From Bdellovibrionota bacterium (GTDB lineage: Bacteria; Bdellovibrionota_G; JALEGL01; DATDPG01), in the NCBI GenBank assembly GCA_963668355.1, contig OY764265.1:1120001-1184000 (forward strand): a DNA stretch of 64,000 nucleotides. The letters are read 5' to 3'. This document shows, piece after piece, positions 1 through 9,222 of this stretch (position 1 is its first letter; every line of letters begins with the position of its first letter). Made by a program: the position numbers and the translations under genes. The notes under the pieces are model-generated. The model was not told the DNA's origin and did no database searches. It was given only the letters and a program-made list of their open reading frames with translations.

Positions 1-1
1 C

Positions 2-454
2 ATGGCTTTTCTTTTGGCCTCCACCGTTCGAGGCTTGGTCACAGGTTTGGTGATTCTCGCATCGGGGAGCCTACTTTTAGGTTCTCCCTTCGCCCACCCC
101 GCACACTTATTTCTCGCTTTGTTGATGAGTTCTTTACTTTTTTCGGCCTTTGGAATCATTGTCGGATTGTGGGCCGATGACTGGGACCAGTTGGCGCTAT
201 TTCAAAATTTCATCATGACCCCTCTGATGTTTTTGGGAGGTGTTTTTTACTCCACCTCGAATCTCCCCGACGGGTTTCGGTGGGTGAATGAGGCCAACCC
301 AATCTACTATATGGTCTCAGCCATTCGCCATTCGATTCTGGGCTCGGCAGACACATCCTTTTGGGTGGGGATGCTCCCCACCACCTTTTTCACCGTGGTT
401 TTTGCCGTTTTAGCTGTGAGACTTTTTCGTACCGGGTATAAATTGCGAACCTAA
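2..454 (+). CDS. ABC-2 type transporter permease (YadH-like), probably 5'-truncated by the window edge
   Basis: Hydrophobic; ABC-2 permease C-terminal motifs PLMFLGGVFYS, NPIYYMVSAIR and FRTGYKLR. Confidence 0.85.
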   Translation: MAFLLASTVRGLVTGLVILASGSLLLGSPFAHPAHLFLALLMSSLLFSAFGIIVGLWADDWDQLALFQNFIMTPLMFLGGVFYSTSNLPDGFRWVNEANPIYYMVSAIRHSILGSADTSFWVGMLPTTFFTVVFAVLAVRLFRTGYKLRT

Positions 455-460
455 GTTCTT

Positions 461-1747
461 TTACTCCCGCTCTTTCATTGGAATATACGCCTGTTGATTC
501 GGTCCAGTATAAATCTGTCTTGGTCGATAGATCTTGGACCCTTGTTCCATGAGTTCCTTGTAATTGGCAATCCACCCTGGCATTCGGCCAATCGAAAAAA
601 TGACCGTAAACATATCCAGTGGAATTCCCAAAGCCCGCATGATGATCCCGCTGTAGAAATCTACATTGGGATAAAGCTTACGCTTCACAAAATACTCATC
701 CTGAAGAGCGACTTCTTCCAGCTCTTTTGCGAGATCCAGCAGGGGATCATCAATGTGAAGAACGTCCAAAAGTTTGTCGCATTCATTCTTTATGATTTTC
801 GCTCTGGGGTCATAGCTTTTATACACTCTGTGACCAAAGCCCATCAGACGAACATCGCTACTTCCTGATTTGATGGTTTCGACAAACTCTTTAATACTTC
901 GTTTTTCTCTCCGTAAGGTTTCCAACATTTCAATGACCGCCTGATTGGCTCCTCCATGAAGCGGTCCCCAAAGCGCACACACCCCTCCGGAAGCGCAGGC
1001 GAATAAGTTCGCCTGACTGGACGCAATCATTCGCACAGTCGATGTGGAACAGTTTTGTTCGTGATCCGCATGCAGGAGAAAAATGAGATCCAGCGCCCGA
1101 ACGATTTCAGGTTTCAATTCATATTCTGAATACGGTTCCGAAAACAGCATATGAAGGAAGTTCTCTACATACCAATACGATGGTTTCGGATAATTGATGG
1201 GTTTGCCCAAAGATTTTCGATACGCAAATGCGGCGATGGTCCGAACCATGGACATCAAACGTGCAGCTTGCAGGGGAAAGTGCTCCTCCACATACCCTTC
1301 TGAAATGCAACACTCAAAGCAACTGGCCGCATTGATCATGGCCGACAAAATCGCCATGGGGTGCGCATGGGGGGGAAACCCTTCAAAATGAAACTTCATG
1401 TCTTCGTGCAACATGGCCGTATCGGTCATGTCTTTTCGATATTTCTTTAACTCGGACTCGGTGGGTAATTTCCCAAAAATGATCAGATAGGCTGTTTCGA
1501 CAAAATTGGACTGCGTGGCTAATTCTTCGATAGGGATGCCTCGATAGCGAAGGATTCCCTTTTCGCCGTCGATGAACGTAATTGCGCTCTGGCAAGAGCC
1601 CGTATTTCCATACCCCCCATCCAGCGTAATGTAACCTGAGGAGGATCGAAGCTTTGAAATGTCAATCGCCTGTTCGTTCTCGCTTCCTTTGATGATGGGG
1701 AGATCAAAAGAGTCACCGTTGATATTGATTTTGGCTGATTTTCCCAC
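461..1747 (-). CDS. gltA: Citrate synthase
   Basis: Motifs LHADHEQNCSTS, GPLHGGAN, GFGHRVYK and YPNVDFYSG; GTG start with an AAGGA RBS. Confidence 0.97.
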   Translation of the reverse strand: MGKSAKININGDSFDLPIIKGSENEQAIDISKLRSSSGYITLDGGYGNTGSCQSAITFIDGEKGILRYRGIPIEELATQSNFVETAYLIIFGKLPTESELKKYRKDMTDTAMLHEDMKFHFEGFPPHAHPMAILSAMINAASCFECCISEGYVEEHFPLQAARLMSMVRTIAAFAYRKSLGKPINYPKPSYWYVENFLHMLFSEPYSEYELKPEIVRALDLIFLLHADHEQNCSTSTVRMIASSQANLFACASGGVCALWGPLHGGANQAVIEMLETLRREKRSIKEFVETIKSGSSDVRLMGFGHRVYKSYDPRAKIIKNECDKLLDVLHIDDPLLDLAKELEEVALQDEYFVKRKLYPNVDFYSGIIMRALGIPLDMFTVIFSIGRMPGWIANYKELMEQGSKIYRPRQIYTGPNQQAYIPMKERE

Positions 1748-1961
1748 GTTTTAATCCTTCATTTAGGGTTCTTTGTCGTTTTAAGTGAATCCCTATCCTT
1801 ATGAAGCTTGCCGCATTTGGAAAGTCTTTTTCGTGTTGTGCGTTGTGTCGTCTCAGAAAAGGGCGTTTGAAATGACCCCTCGCGGAAACCCCCGTCCAAT
1901 GAGGCTTTTACTCCTTGAGGGGAGCAGGACTGAACATGCCCAAAGAAGGTTGGCAACAGGA

Positions 1962-1990
1962 TTGACAGCCCCCAAGCCCCCCTGTATATC
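1962..1990 (+). promoter_or_regulatory. Sigma70-type promoter for tRNA-Asn
   Basis: TTGACA-N17-TATATC followed by a GC-rich discriminator, 10 nt before the tRNA. Confidence 0.65.
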
Positions 1991-2000
1991 GGTTGGCCGT

Positions 2001-2076
2001 TCCTCGGTAGCTCAGTCGGTAGAGCAGCTGGCTGTTAACCAGCGGGTCGGCGGTTCGAGTCCGTCCCGGGGAGCCA
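2001..2076 (+). tRNA. tRNA-Asn (GTT)
   Basis: 76-nt cloverleaf: acceptor stem TCCTCGG/CCGGGGA, D arm AGCTCAGTCGGTAGAGC, anticodon loop CTGTTAA, T loop GGTTCGAGTCC, encoded CCA. Confidence 0.97.
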
Positions 2077-2080
2077 AAAA

Positions 2081-2114
2081 AAGGGAAGAACCCCTCCGGT
2101 TCTTCCCTTTTTTT
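2081..2114 (+). terminator. Rho-independent terminator after tRNA-Asn (potentially bidirectional)
   Basis: 12-bp stem AAGGGAAGAACC/GGTTCTTCCCTT with an A run before and a T run after. Confidence 0.85.
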
Positions 2115-2361
2115 GTTTCTCGGGGCGACGAGAACCGCCGTGCAATATGCAGGTTCGAACATGCCGATCTTTTAAAAAAAGATCTTTATGATGTTTGGGC
2201 TGGACCGGGTGCCCCTTGGGCGGGCCAGACCACACTGCCCATGTCTGCGTGCGAGAGAACGCGAATCCGTCTCGGCTCCTCCAGGAATCTTCCTCGTTAC
2301 GGGTTCTAAATTCCAAGGCTCCCCTTCGGTCGCCTTTCCATCAAGATCCCGTACGCTCGGT

Positions 2362-2375
2362 GTCCCGGGGAGGCA
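2362..2375 (+). repeat. Imperfect copy of the tRNA-Asn 3' end (att-like)
   Basis: GTCCCGGGGAGGCA versus tRNA 2063-2076 GTCCCGGGGAGCCA (13/14). Confidence 0.5.
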
Positions 2376-2402
2376 GTTTAGTGATTAAGGGTTGGGGTTT
2401 AA

Positions 2403-2429
2403 GGTTTAATCGTTACTAACGATTAAACC
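2403..2429. repeat. Perfect 13-bp inverted repeat with 1-nt spacer
   Basis: GGTTTAATCGTTA-C-TAACGATTAAACC. Confidence 0.8.
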
Positions 2430-2504
2430 CCAAGCCTAAAACCCTAGATTTCCTAGGCCTTCTTTCTTTCGGGAAACCAACAAAGCATGGAAACGATTTT
2501 CTTC

Positions 2505-4283
2505 TTAAAGAGTCTGCAAAATATCCATTGCCATAAAGAGGTAATCGTAGACATAACCATATAGCTCATTATGAAGAGGAGCCGCCTCATATGTGGGGTC
2601 TTCCCACACTCGATTCGACAAATGAACGGGTAGCCGCTTTCCATTCGCCATGAAGGTTAGACCGTCGAGAGAGTAGAGAGGAAAACTTTTGTCGCTTCCG
2701 TTAATCTTAACTCTGTCATCAAGTAGTTTCTTCAGTCCTCGGATCGCTCGCTCTCGATATTTCCGACTCGCCCTCTTATCCTTAGTATTCCAAAAACCTT
2801 TCGCTAAGAGTGCGTGTGTCAGCACCAGTGATGCTCGCATGTAAGGACTGTCCGAATGAACATTATGCGCGGACATACGCCCCTTTGGATCGCTTACGCG
2901 CTTCAGTGTCGCACGCCTTCGGTCCATGTTTTCTTGGTTCCACATCCACTGGGCAATGTGATCCGCGGCACTTAGGTAAGCTCGTTTCCCCGTTTCAAAA
3001 TACGCAAGCATCAAACCCTGTGGAACATGATCGATACGAAAGAAATCTGAACCTAAAACTTGCGAGCGACTTTCTTCAATAGAATCCTTTTCCCAGGACC
3101 AATAAAGGGGGGTGATCTCAATTTTGGGGGGGGTTCCTGGCAGGAACTTGTCCAAACGGTAACGCCACATGGGAGGCCATCCGGGGAAATCCCTTTTTTT
3201 CTCACGGCTCTTAACCTTAGGAGGGGGCGTGGAGCCTGTAGGTTTCGCTGTGTCGAAAGGATCCACATTCATGATCTCAAGCCATAAATCGGCCATGCGA
3301 ATCCCAAGGTCCCGATACTTTTTATGTTCAACCGAGTCTGCTGGGAATGTGCTTGCTAATCGGAAGTAGGCGTACACAGCCCCTTCAGCGTCATGCGCCC
3401 AAAAGTAATGATGTGCCTTCTCGCTTTCATGGCTATATAGAGGCCGCTGCCCAGGATCAGTACGCACTAAGAAACTAAAATCTCTTTTGGAGTCACCCAT
3501 CTCTCGATACTTCCAAAACGGCGAAGCTAAATCTTCTGCGACCTTTCTGAAAGTTGATTCGTTTGTTATCTCGTAGAGTGTTACGAATACTTCCACCAAG
3601 AAATCTAGATCGCCCCAACCAGCGCGTGCAATCCACGGGGCGTAAACGACACCAAAACGATCCGCTATAAACCACGGAATGCCCTTCAACTCGAAGCCTG
3701 GAATTGGCTTTGCTTTTTTCTTACCTTTGGCTCCCGTTGCTTGCCATGGGCTCACTTTTCCATCTCTGAGATCCTCCCAAGTGACAAGTTGGCCACCCAT
3801 GGTCCACATTCGATTGACCCCATAGGCATATTCTTTAGGCGTCAGAAAAGCGTTCATAAAGAAGCGTGCAACATCTTTTGCCGTCTCAACAAAATCTTCC
3901 CTGTCTTCTTCTGAGACATAGTTGGAGGCGCGCGCCAACGAAGAAATGAATCCGCTGTGCCATGCTTTCACGGGCCTCCTTGGCGAAGATACCAGCTTGA
4001 TCCCTGAATCTGGGTGAATCCAAAACTCGTCCCTCACATGCTTAGGAGTAAATTGGCTGTCAATTCCTCCACCGCGCATGGCTCTGGTTGAGTTCCCGAA
4101 CAAAATCTGTCCATTTTCCTCTACAAAGGTGGAGGCGTATTGGAGATCGACCTCAGCCGTTTTTACCAATCTTTCTTTGAGGTTAGCCAAATCAGCGGGG
4201 CTCGCTCCTGCTAGGCCCTGAACACACCCCACAGCCGAAACCAGTGTCATAGTAATTAGGGAAACTACTGCTCGTAATTGCAT
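2505..4283 (-). CDS. Hypothetical exported protein or lipoprotein, probable alpha/alpha-toroid (six-hairpin glycosidase-like) fold
   Basis: N-terminal signal with lipobox-like AVGC; recurring helix-pair motifs (LYEITNESTFRKVA, AYFETGKRAYLSAADHIAQW, KYRERAIRGL). Confidence 0.6.
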   Translation of the reverse strand: MQLRAVVSLITMTLVSAVGCVQGLAGASPADLANLKERLVKTAEVDLQYASTFVEENGQILFGNSTRAMRGGGIDSQFTPKHVRDEFWIHPDSGIKLVSSPRRPVKAWHSGFISSLARASNYVSEEDREDFVETAKDVARFFMNAFLTPKEYAYGVNRMWTMGGQLVTWEDLRDGKVSPWQATGAKGKKKAKPIPGFELKGIPWFIADRFGVVYAPWIARAGWGDLDFLVEVFVTLYEITNESTFRKVAEDLASPFWKYREMGDSKRDFSFLVRTDPGQRPLYSHESEKAHHYFWAHDAEGAVYAYFRLASTFPADSVEHKKYRDLGIRMADLWLEIMNVDPFDTAKPTGSTPPPKVKSREKKRDFPGWPPMWRYRLDKFLPGTPPKIEITPLYWSWEKDSIEESRSQVLGSDFFRIDHVPQGLMLAYFETGKRAYLSAADHIAQWMWNQENMDRRRATLKRVSDPKGRMSAHNVHSDSPYMRASLVLTHALLAKGFWNTKDKRASRKYRERAIRGLKKLLDDRVKINGSDKSFPLYSLDGLTFMANGKRLPVHLSNRVWEDPTYEAAPLHNELYGYVYDYLFMAMDILQTL

Positions 4284-4455
4284 GACGGAACCTCCAAAGG
4301 TGCTTTTCCTCTGCTTCTACCACTCCCCGTTCCCTAACGGAACCGCGTCTCTTGAATGGCCCCATCGGCGGTTTAAGGACTACGGCTTAAGGCTTAATCC
4401 TTGCGGATTTTTTAAATGCGTTTTTTTGATTGTTTGTCTCTGAGGCTTGGTCGGT

Positions 4456-5193
4456 TCATGGTTTTTTTGACACGGCCATGAGTTCGTACTCGTCAAGCTC
4501 CAAGGGACCCCGCCTCCAGTTTCCAGCTGTACCTCCCCAGATATGTTCGACGGAGAAGCCCGCTGATCGCAGCAGGAGTGTAAATTCCGTAGGTGTGTAC
4601 ATACGTTCGCGACATGGAACTGTGATCGGGCCCTTAGATGTTTCGAACGTAATCGTGTTGAGCGTCGTTTGTGACATCACATCAAAACTCTCAGCCTCCT
4701 TTTCACGTCCCACGCCACGGGCCACGCGGAACACATTCAACGCATTTAGAATGAGCTGTCCGCCGGGTTTTAATGCGGCATGAATGTTTCGCAAGACGGT
4801 TAGGTCTCGCTCAATGGGATCGTCTCCTTGACCCAACAGCCCCATTGCGCCCTCACACAACCCAATCGCCGCATCAAAAACCGGTTTGGATTCAAAGGCT
4901 GTGGCGTCACATTGAATGAATTCGACATTCGTCTTGGCTTCGGCCGCGCGCGTACGTGCCTTTTCAAGCATCTCCTCACTTAAATCAACTCCGGTCACTG
5001 AGAAACCGTGTTGAGCCAGACCCACGCTGTGGCGACCCGTCCCACATCCCACGTCGAGTATCCGTGCACCCTTGGAAAGTTGAAGCTGCTCTACCAAAAA
5101 CTCAATTTCTTTTTCGGTGCCTTGCGTGAACGGCTCTTTGTCGTATTGATCCGCTTCATACTTAAAAAATTTTTTCCATTCCATAGCTTCCAT
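4456..5193 (-). CDS. Class I SAM-dependent methyltransferase
   Basis: Motif I ILDVGCGTG, then VTGVDLS and LKPGG. Confidence 0.9.
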   Translation of the reverse strand: MEAMEWKKFFKYEADQYDKEPFTQGTEKEIEFLVEQLQLSKGARILDVGCGTGRHSVGLAQHGFSVTGVDLSEEMLEKARTRAAEAKTNVEFIQCDATAFESKPVFDAAIGLCEGAMGLLGQGDDPIERDLTVLRNIHAALKPGGQLILNALNVFRVARGVGREKEAESFDVMSQTTLNTITFETSKGPITVPCRERMYTPTEFTLLLRSAGFSVEHIWGGTAGNWRRGPLELDEYELMAVSKKP

Positions 5194-5517
5194 CTTTCTG
5201 CAAAGGGTTCAATTGCGTATCCTCTCTACAATATTTTCTACAAAACTTGCGGATTATGTTGCAAACCAAGCGTTTTGCAGCTCCTTGATCAGTATGTGCC
5301 TGCATTTATTTGTTTTTTTCTCCTGCAACCAAACGGCCGAAATCTTGTAGAACTTGTCGTAAAACGAGAAAGCATGAACAAATACAGATATTTATCTCTA
5401 CAACTGATTGGTAGCTTTCCTCGAAGCTTCCGTGCCGGGGGAATCCTTTTGATCCCCGTTTCTTAGAGGCGTATAACTCCGCTTTCGTTTGCCGGTGTAG
5501 GCGGGAGGAAATGTAGG

Positions 5518-5904
5518 ATGACATCAAAACTCTTTTATTTGGCCCTTGCGGGAGGCGCTGGAACCATTGCTCGGTATGTATTGGGTGAGTTTGTGTCGCG
5601 ATTTTCTTCGGGGTCTTTTCCGTGGGCCACTTTGGTTATCAATGCCTTGGGATGTTTGGTTTTTGGCTTCGTTTGGTCTTTGGGCGAACAGAATGCCTGG
5701 CTCAGTCCGCAACAACGTCTCATCATTCTCGTCGGTTTTCTTGGAGCTTTTACAACGTTTTCCACCTTTGCCTTTGAAACGGCTTTATTGGCGAAAGATT
5801 TTCAATGGACGTTTGTTTTTGGAAACCTCTTGTTTCAAAATGTGTCCGGATTGGCTTTTGCGTTTCTGGGAATTTTGATGGCTCGTTCGGTTCAGGCTTT
5901 TTAA
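5518..5904 (+). CDS. crcB: Fluoride channel Fluc/CrcB
   Basis: Motifs GGAGTIARY, FPWATLVIN and GFLGAFTTFSTF. Confidence 0.95.
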   Translation: MTSKLFYLALAGGAGTIARYVLGEFVSRFSSGSFPWATLVINALGCLVFGFVWSLGEQNAWLSPQQRLIILVGFLGAFTTFSTFAFETALLAKDFQWTFVFGNLLFQNVSGLAFAFLGILMARSVQAF

Positions 5905-5916
5905 GGCCCAACTTCA

Positions 5917-6750
5917 TCAAAGGGCTTTGTACCAAACATTCATGCTCTCAATTCTTCCGCTGATCTGAGTATTGTTAGTCAGCGTTCCCCCAAAGAAATA
6001 TCCCGATCGAGAAAAGGTGATGTTCATTCCTGGAGATAATGCTCGCGCAATCGTATAGGCGGTACGAAATCCTTTTTTCCGCATCGCATCTTCCATGGTC
6101 GTGAGCAAAGAAAGCGCCCACCCCTTGCCTCTTTGTTTGGGGTGTGTGGCAAAATCGGTCATTTCAACGTTTTGGTTTTTTGAATCTTGTTCGGCCGATG
6201 CAAGCGCCCATAAGTCTCCCTGATTTTCCACGGCGAAATAGCGAACATGGGATGCCATGGTTTCTTTGAGATACTTCGGATCATCGATGGGAAAGGGGTA
6301 CGTGGGAAACACGGCTTGGTACAACTGCGCCATAGCTTCTACGTGTTCAGACGAACATTCAATCACTTGAGTGGAACCCGCATGTTTTTCCACACGGGGA
6401 ACGGACTTCGCTTTTTCCTTGGCCAGAGAAAGATTTTTTTCAATTTCATTCGGAAATTGTTCACGTTGTCTCTCTGAATCAAAGTACTTGGCCAAAAAGA
6501 AGGCGTCTTCTTTCCCGCAAAAAAAGTTTTTTACGCAAGCTTCTTTAGAATAACCGGAGGAAAGAAACCCATCGAGCACCGAGAGAGACACTTTGGCGAA
6601 AATTTTTCCGTAGCGTTTCTCCCTGGCCAATTCATCCAAACGAGAAACGATTCTCGGAAAATCTCGCTCGTCTAAATGCATGAGATAAATGCGATCGCTG
6701 AACGATCCATGTTGAATCCGACTATGTCCAAGAGTTTCTTGTATGTCCAT
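5917..6750 (-). CDS. ablB: Putative beta-lysine N-acetyltransferase (GNAT)
   Basis: AblB-type motifs SDRIYLM, YGKIFAKV, FPTYPFPI, NVEMTDFAT, TAYTIARA and NNTQISGRIESMNVWYK. Confidence 0.85.
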   Translation of the reverse strand: MDIQETLGHSRIQHGSFSDRIYLMHLDERDFPRIVSRLDELAREKRYGKIFAKVSLSVLDGFLSSGYSKEACVKNFFCGKEDAFFLAKYFDSERQREQFPNEIEKNLSLAKEKAKSVPRVEKHAGSTQVIECSSEHVEAMAQLYQAVFPTYPFPIDDPKYLKETMASHVRYFAVENQGDLWALASAEQDSKNQNVEMTDFATHPKQRGKGWALSLLTTMEDAMRKKGFRTAYTIARALSPGMNITFSRSGYFFGGTLTNNTQISGRIESMNVWYKAL

Positions 6751-8198
6751 TATGTGCCGGATTGTTCGCGCTTATCTCGATCCGGAAAGATCAGAGAAAA
6801 ACTGACAAACATCAAAAGAGATAAAGAAATTCCATAAAGACTTGGATCCAATTTTAATTCAGCCAACATGGCTGGCAAGGTCAAAAGCTTGGTCAATAAA
6901 AGCAGGGTAAGACCTCCTCCGGCCAACATGCCGACAAAGGCCCCCATGGAACTGGATCGTTTCCAAAAATATGCACCCAGCGTTGGAATGAACAATCCGG
7001 AAACCATAAATGAGTATGCGTATAAAATGGCATCCAAGACCAACGTAAAATGACTCGCCATGATGATGGCCAGAGCCCCAATCACCATGGTGACAAACAT
7101 GGAAAGGCGTAATGCGCCCTTAGCGGAAATGTCTTTCCAAACATAACGTTGAATGACATCTTTCACGAGGTTCCCAGACGAAGCCATTAAACAGCTGTCC
7201 GCCGTAGACATGATGGCTGAGAAGTAGGCCGCAATAACAATTCCCGTAACTCCGACCGGCAACATATCTCGAATGAGCATCGGAAGGGCCATTTCGGACT
7301 CGGCTTCCGGAAACACCACTCTGGCACACATTCCCAGAAAAACACCGGTAAACGCCATGATCGGATATTCAAAAATGCCTGCGATGTACCAAGCTTTTTT
7401 GGCTTCGGCTTCATTTCGACATGCATACATTCGTTGATACAAAGTCATTCCGATCAGCCAGATGGGAATGATCGTAACCATCCAGTTAATGAACGTGATT
7501 GCGTCGATGTTGGTTAAGGAGAAAAATTCAGGAGATAGCTCACTTCGCAAGGTAGACCATCCGCCGATTTCAACAATCGTGACGGGAATCATGATGAAAA
7601 TGAGGCCCGAGAGCAAAATGATCCACTGAACGGTGTCCGTATATATGACGGCCTTCAACCCCCCGAACACGGTGTAGAGAATCGTGATGGCCGCAATCAC
7701 ATAGATCGCAAAACGAAGGGGATCCATTCCAAAGGGAGCTTGAGTGATGAGTGTGCCCGCCACCAATTTGGCTCCAGCTAAAATTTGTCCTCCTGTGAAG
7801 CCTAAGTAACCAACACCAGAAATGATGGCTGCCAAAAAAGCTACACGATCATTAAACCGTGTCCGCAAAAAATCTGGATAGGTGAACATCTTATGATGCG
7901 CATCCATTTTCTTGATTTTGGGAATGATAAAAACCGCCGACATCCAAGCACCCACCAGTCCGGTGAACAACAACCAAGAACCCGAGAGCCCCATCGCGAA
8001 TCCGACCCCCCCAAGACCAATGGAAAAGCCTCCTCCGACATCTGTAGCAACAATGGAAAGACCGACATGGTGAGATTTGATGGATCGCCCCCCAACATAA
8101 TAATCTTCGGTTCCTTTGTTTCGCTTGAAGTGGAAAAAACCAATGCCTAAAACGCCGGCCATATACGCGGCGAAAATCAAATAATCGATGAAATTCAT
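6750..8198 (-). CDS. Sodium:solute symporter (SSS family)
   Basis: About 13 TM helices; [19 protein letters not shown] and AIMSTADS; stop overlaps the ablB start. Confidence 0.92.
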   Translation of the reverse strand: MNFIDYLIFAAYMAGVLGIGFFHFKRNKGTEDYYVGGRSIKSHHVGLSIVATDVGGGFSIGLGGVGFAMGLSGSWLLFTGLVGAWMSAVFIIPKIKKMDAHHKMFTYPDFLRTRFNDRVAFLAAIISGVGYLGFTGGQILAGAKLVAGTLITQAPFGMDPLRFAIYVIAAITILYTVFGGLKAVIYTDTVQWIILLSGLIFIMIPVTIVEIGGWSTLRSELSPEFFSLTNIDAITFINWMVTIIPIWLIGMTLYQRMYACRNEAEAKKAWYIAGIFEYPIMAFTGVFLGMCARVVFPEAESEMALPMLIRDMLPVGVTGIVIAAYFSAIMSTADSCLMASSGNLVKDVIQRYVWKDISAKGALRLSMFVTMVIGALAIIMASHFTLVLDAILYAYSFMVSGLFIPTLGAYFWKRSSSMGAFVGMLAGGGLTLLLLTKLLTLPAMLAELKLDPSLYGISLSLLMFVSFSLIFPDRDKREQSGT

Positions 8199-8435
8199 GA
8201 GCCTTCTCTTCTTTTGTGCTGCTTGTTTTGGATGGGCGTCGTGATGATTTGAATGTCTTGTTTAAAGAGCAAGCCGCTCAAGACCCCCTTATTTCCCCAC
8301 CGCCATGGGTTCGTGAAGTTTTAGTCCGTTCACACGATTCATAGAACCGCCAACGCCATGAGCCCCAAAGAAAACCATGAATCCGAAATCAGAAAGAAAG
8401 ATTCCCTACGGAAGGAGTCCCTCGACAGAAAGACG

Positions 8436-8450
8436 GCGATCAATGATCGC
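8436..8450. promoter_or_regulatory. Palindrome upstream of the SSS-ablB operon (candidate operator or hairpin)
   Basis: GCGATCA-A-TGATCGC, just downstream of a possible minus-strand promoter TTGGAA-N16-TAAGCT. Confidence 0.35.
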
Positions 8451-8564
8451 TAAACTTGTTTTGAAATGTGGGTAAAGCTTATCAAATTCTCATGATATTC
8501 CAAGCCTAAACCACCGAAAAGTGGCTCTGCTTGCGGAGATGTTCCGGATCGATGAATCCGAAGC

Positions 8565-8822
8565 TCATTGCGGTTTGATGATTTTTCCTTCGCTATCTTT
8601 AAACGATCCAACCGCAATCATGATGACATCGATGAGTGCCCAAATGCCGAAACCCCCAAAAGTGATCAACATCAAGATGCCTGTGCCAATTTTTCCCACA
8701 TAAAAACGGTGAACGCCAAGTCCTCCCAAAATGAGGGCCAAGACAAGTGTTGGAACAAAACCTTTTTCACTAATGTCGGGGGGGGTAACTGAGACGGGTG
8801 CAGGATTCGGGCTGGTTTCCAT
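8565..8822 (-). CDS. TM2 domain protein
   Basis: LGGLGVHRFYVGKIGTGIL...WALID...FKDSEG signature. Confidence 0.92.
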   Translation of the reverse strand: METSPNPAPVSVTPPDISEKGFVPTLVLALILGGLGVHRFYVGKIGTGILMLITFGGFGIWALIDVIMIAVGSFKDSEGKIIKPQ

Positions 8823-8866
8823 GAAGACTCCTTAAATCATCAATGAATGGATGACGTAAGTTTATC

Positions 8867-9190
8867 TTATAATTTCTGACCTGGGTAGATGATCCGTCTT
8901 CCTTCTCCATCCACTTCACTGCCCGTCAACAAGCGAAAGGTCATGATCACACTATGCAGGTAATCCACAGCCAAAACCGCCAGGCCTTCCAAGATTCTTC
9001 CCGTAACCAAGAGGGATCCTGCAGCTATGGACATTCCCAAATCGAAACAGCCGTACCCATGTCGACCCATATAAAAAAAGTGTAGACCTAAGATTCCCGT
9101 GAGCGAACACAACACCACGGAAAGAACGTAGCTCTTTGGAGAAACAAGATGTCTACGATCAAGGGGGACATTTCGTAAAGCATCGCTCAT
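8867..9190 (-). CDS. TM2 (NINE) domain protein
   Basis: SPKSYVLSVVL...GILGLHFFYMG...DGEGR. Confidence 0.8.
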   Translation of the reverse strand: MSDALRNVPLDRRHLVSPKSYVLSVVLCSLTGILGLHFFYMGRHGYGCFDLGMSIAAGSLLVTGRILEGLAVLAVDYLHSVIMTFRLLTGSEVDGEGRRIIYPGQKL

Positions 9191-9222
9191 GTCTACATGC
9201 TACCGAATGGCCTTTTTTTTGT

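Noticed and set aside
1785..2419. ORFs overlapping the tRNA-Asn region
   Set aside because: They read through the tRNA and terminator and have no protein-like motifs.
5440..5517. Fluoride riboswitch upstream of crcB
   Set aside because: No GGnGATGGnGTTCnCC...GCTGATGAC-type consensus visible by eye; an Rfam scan would settle it.
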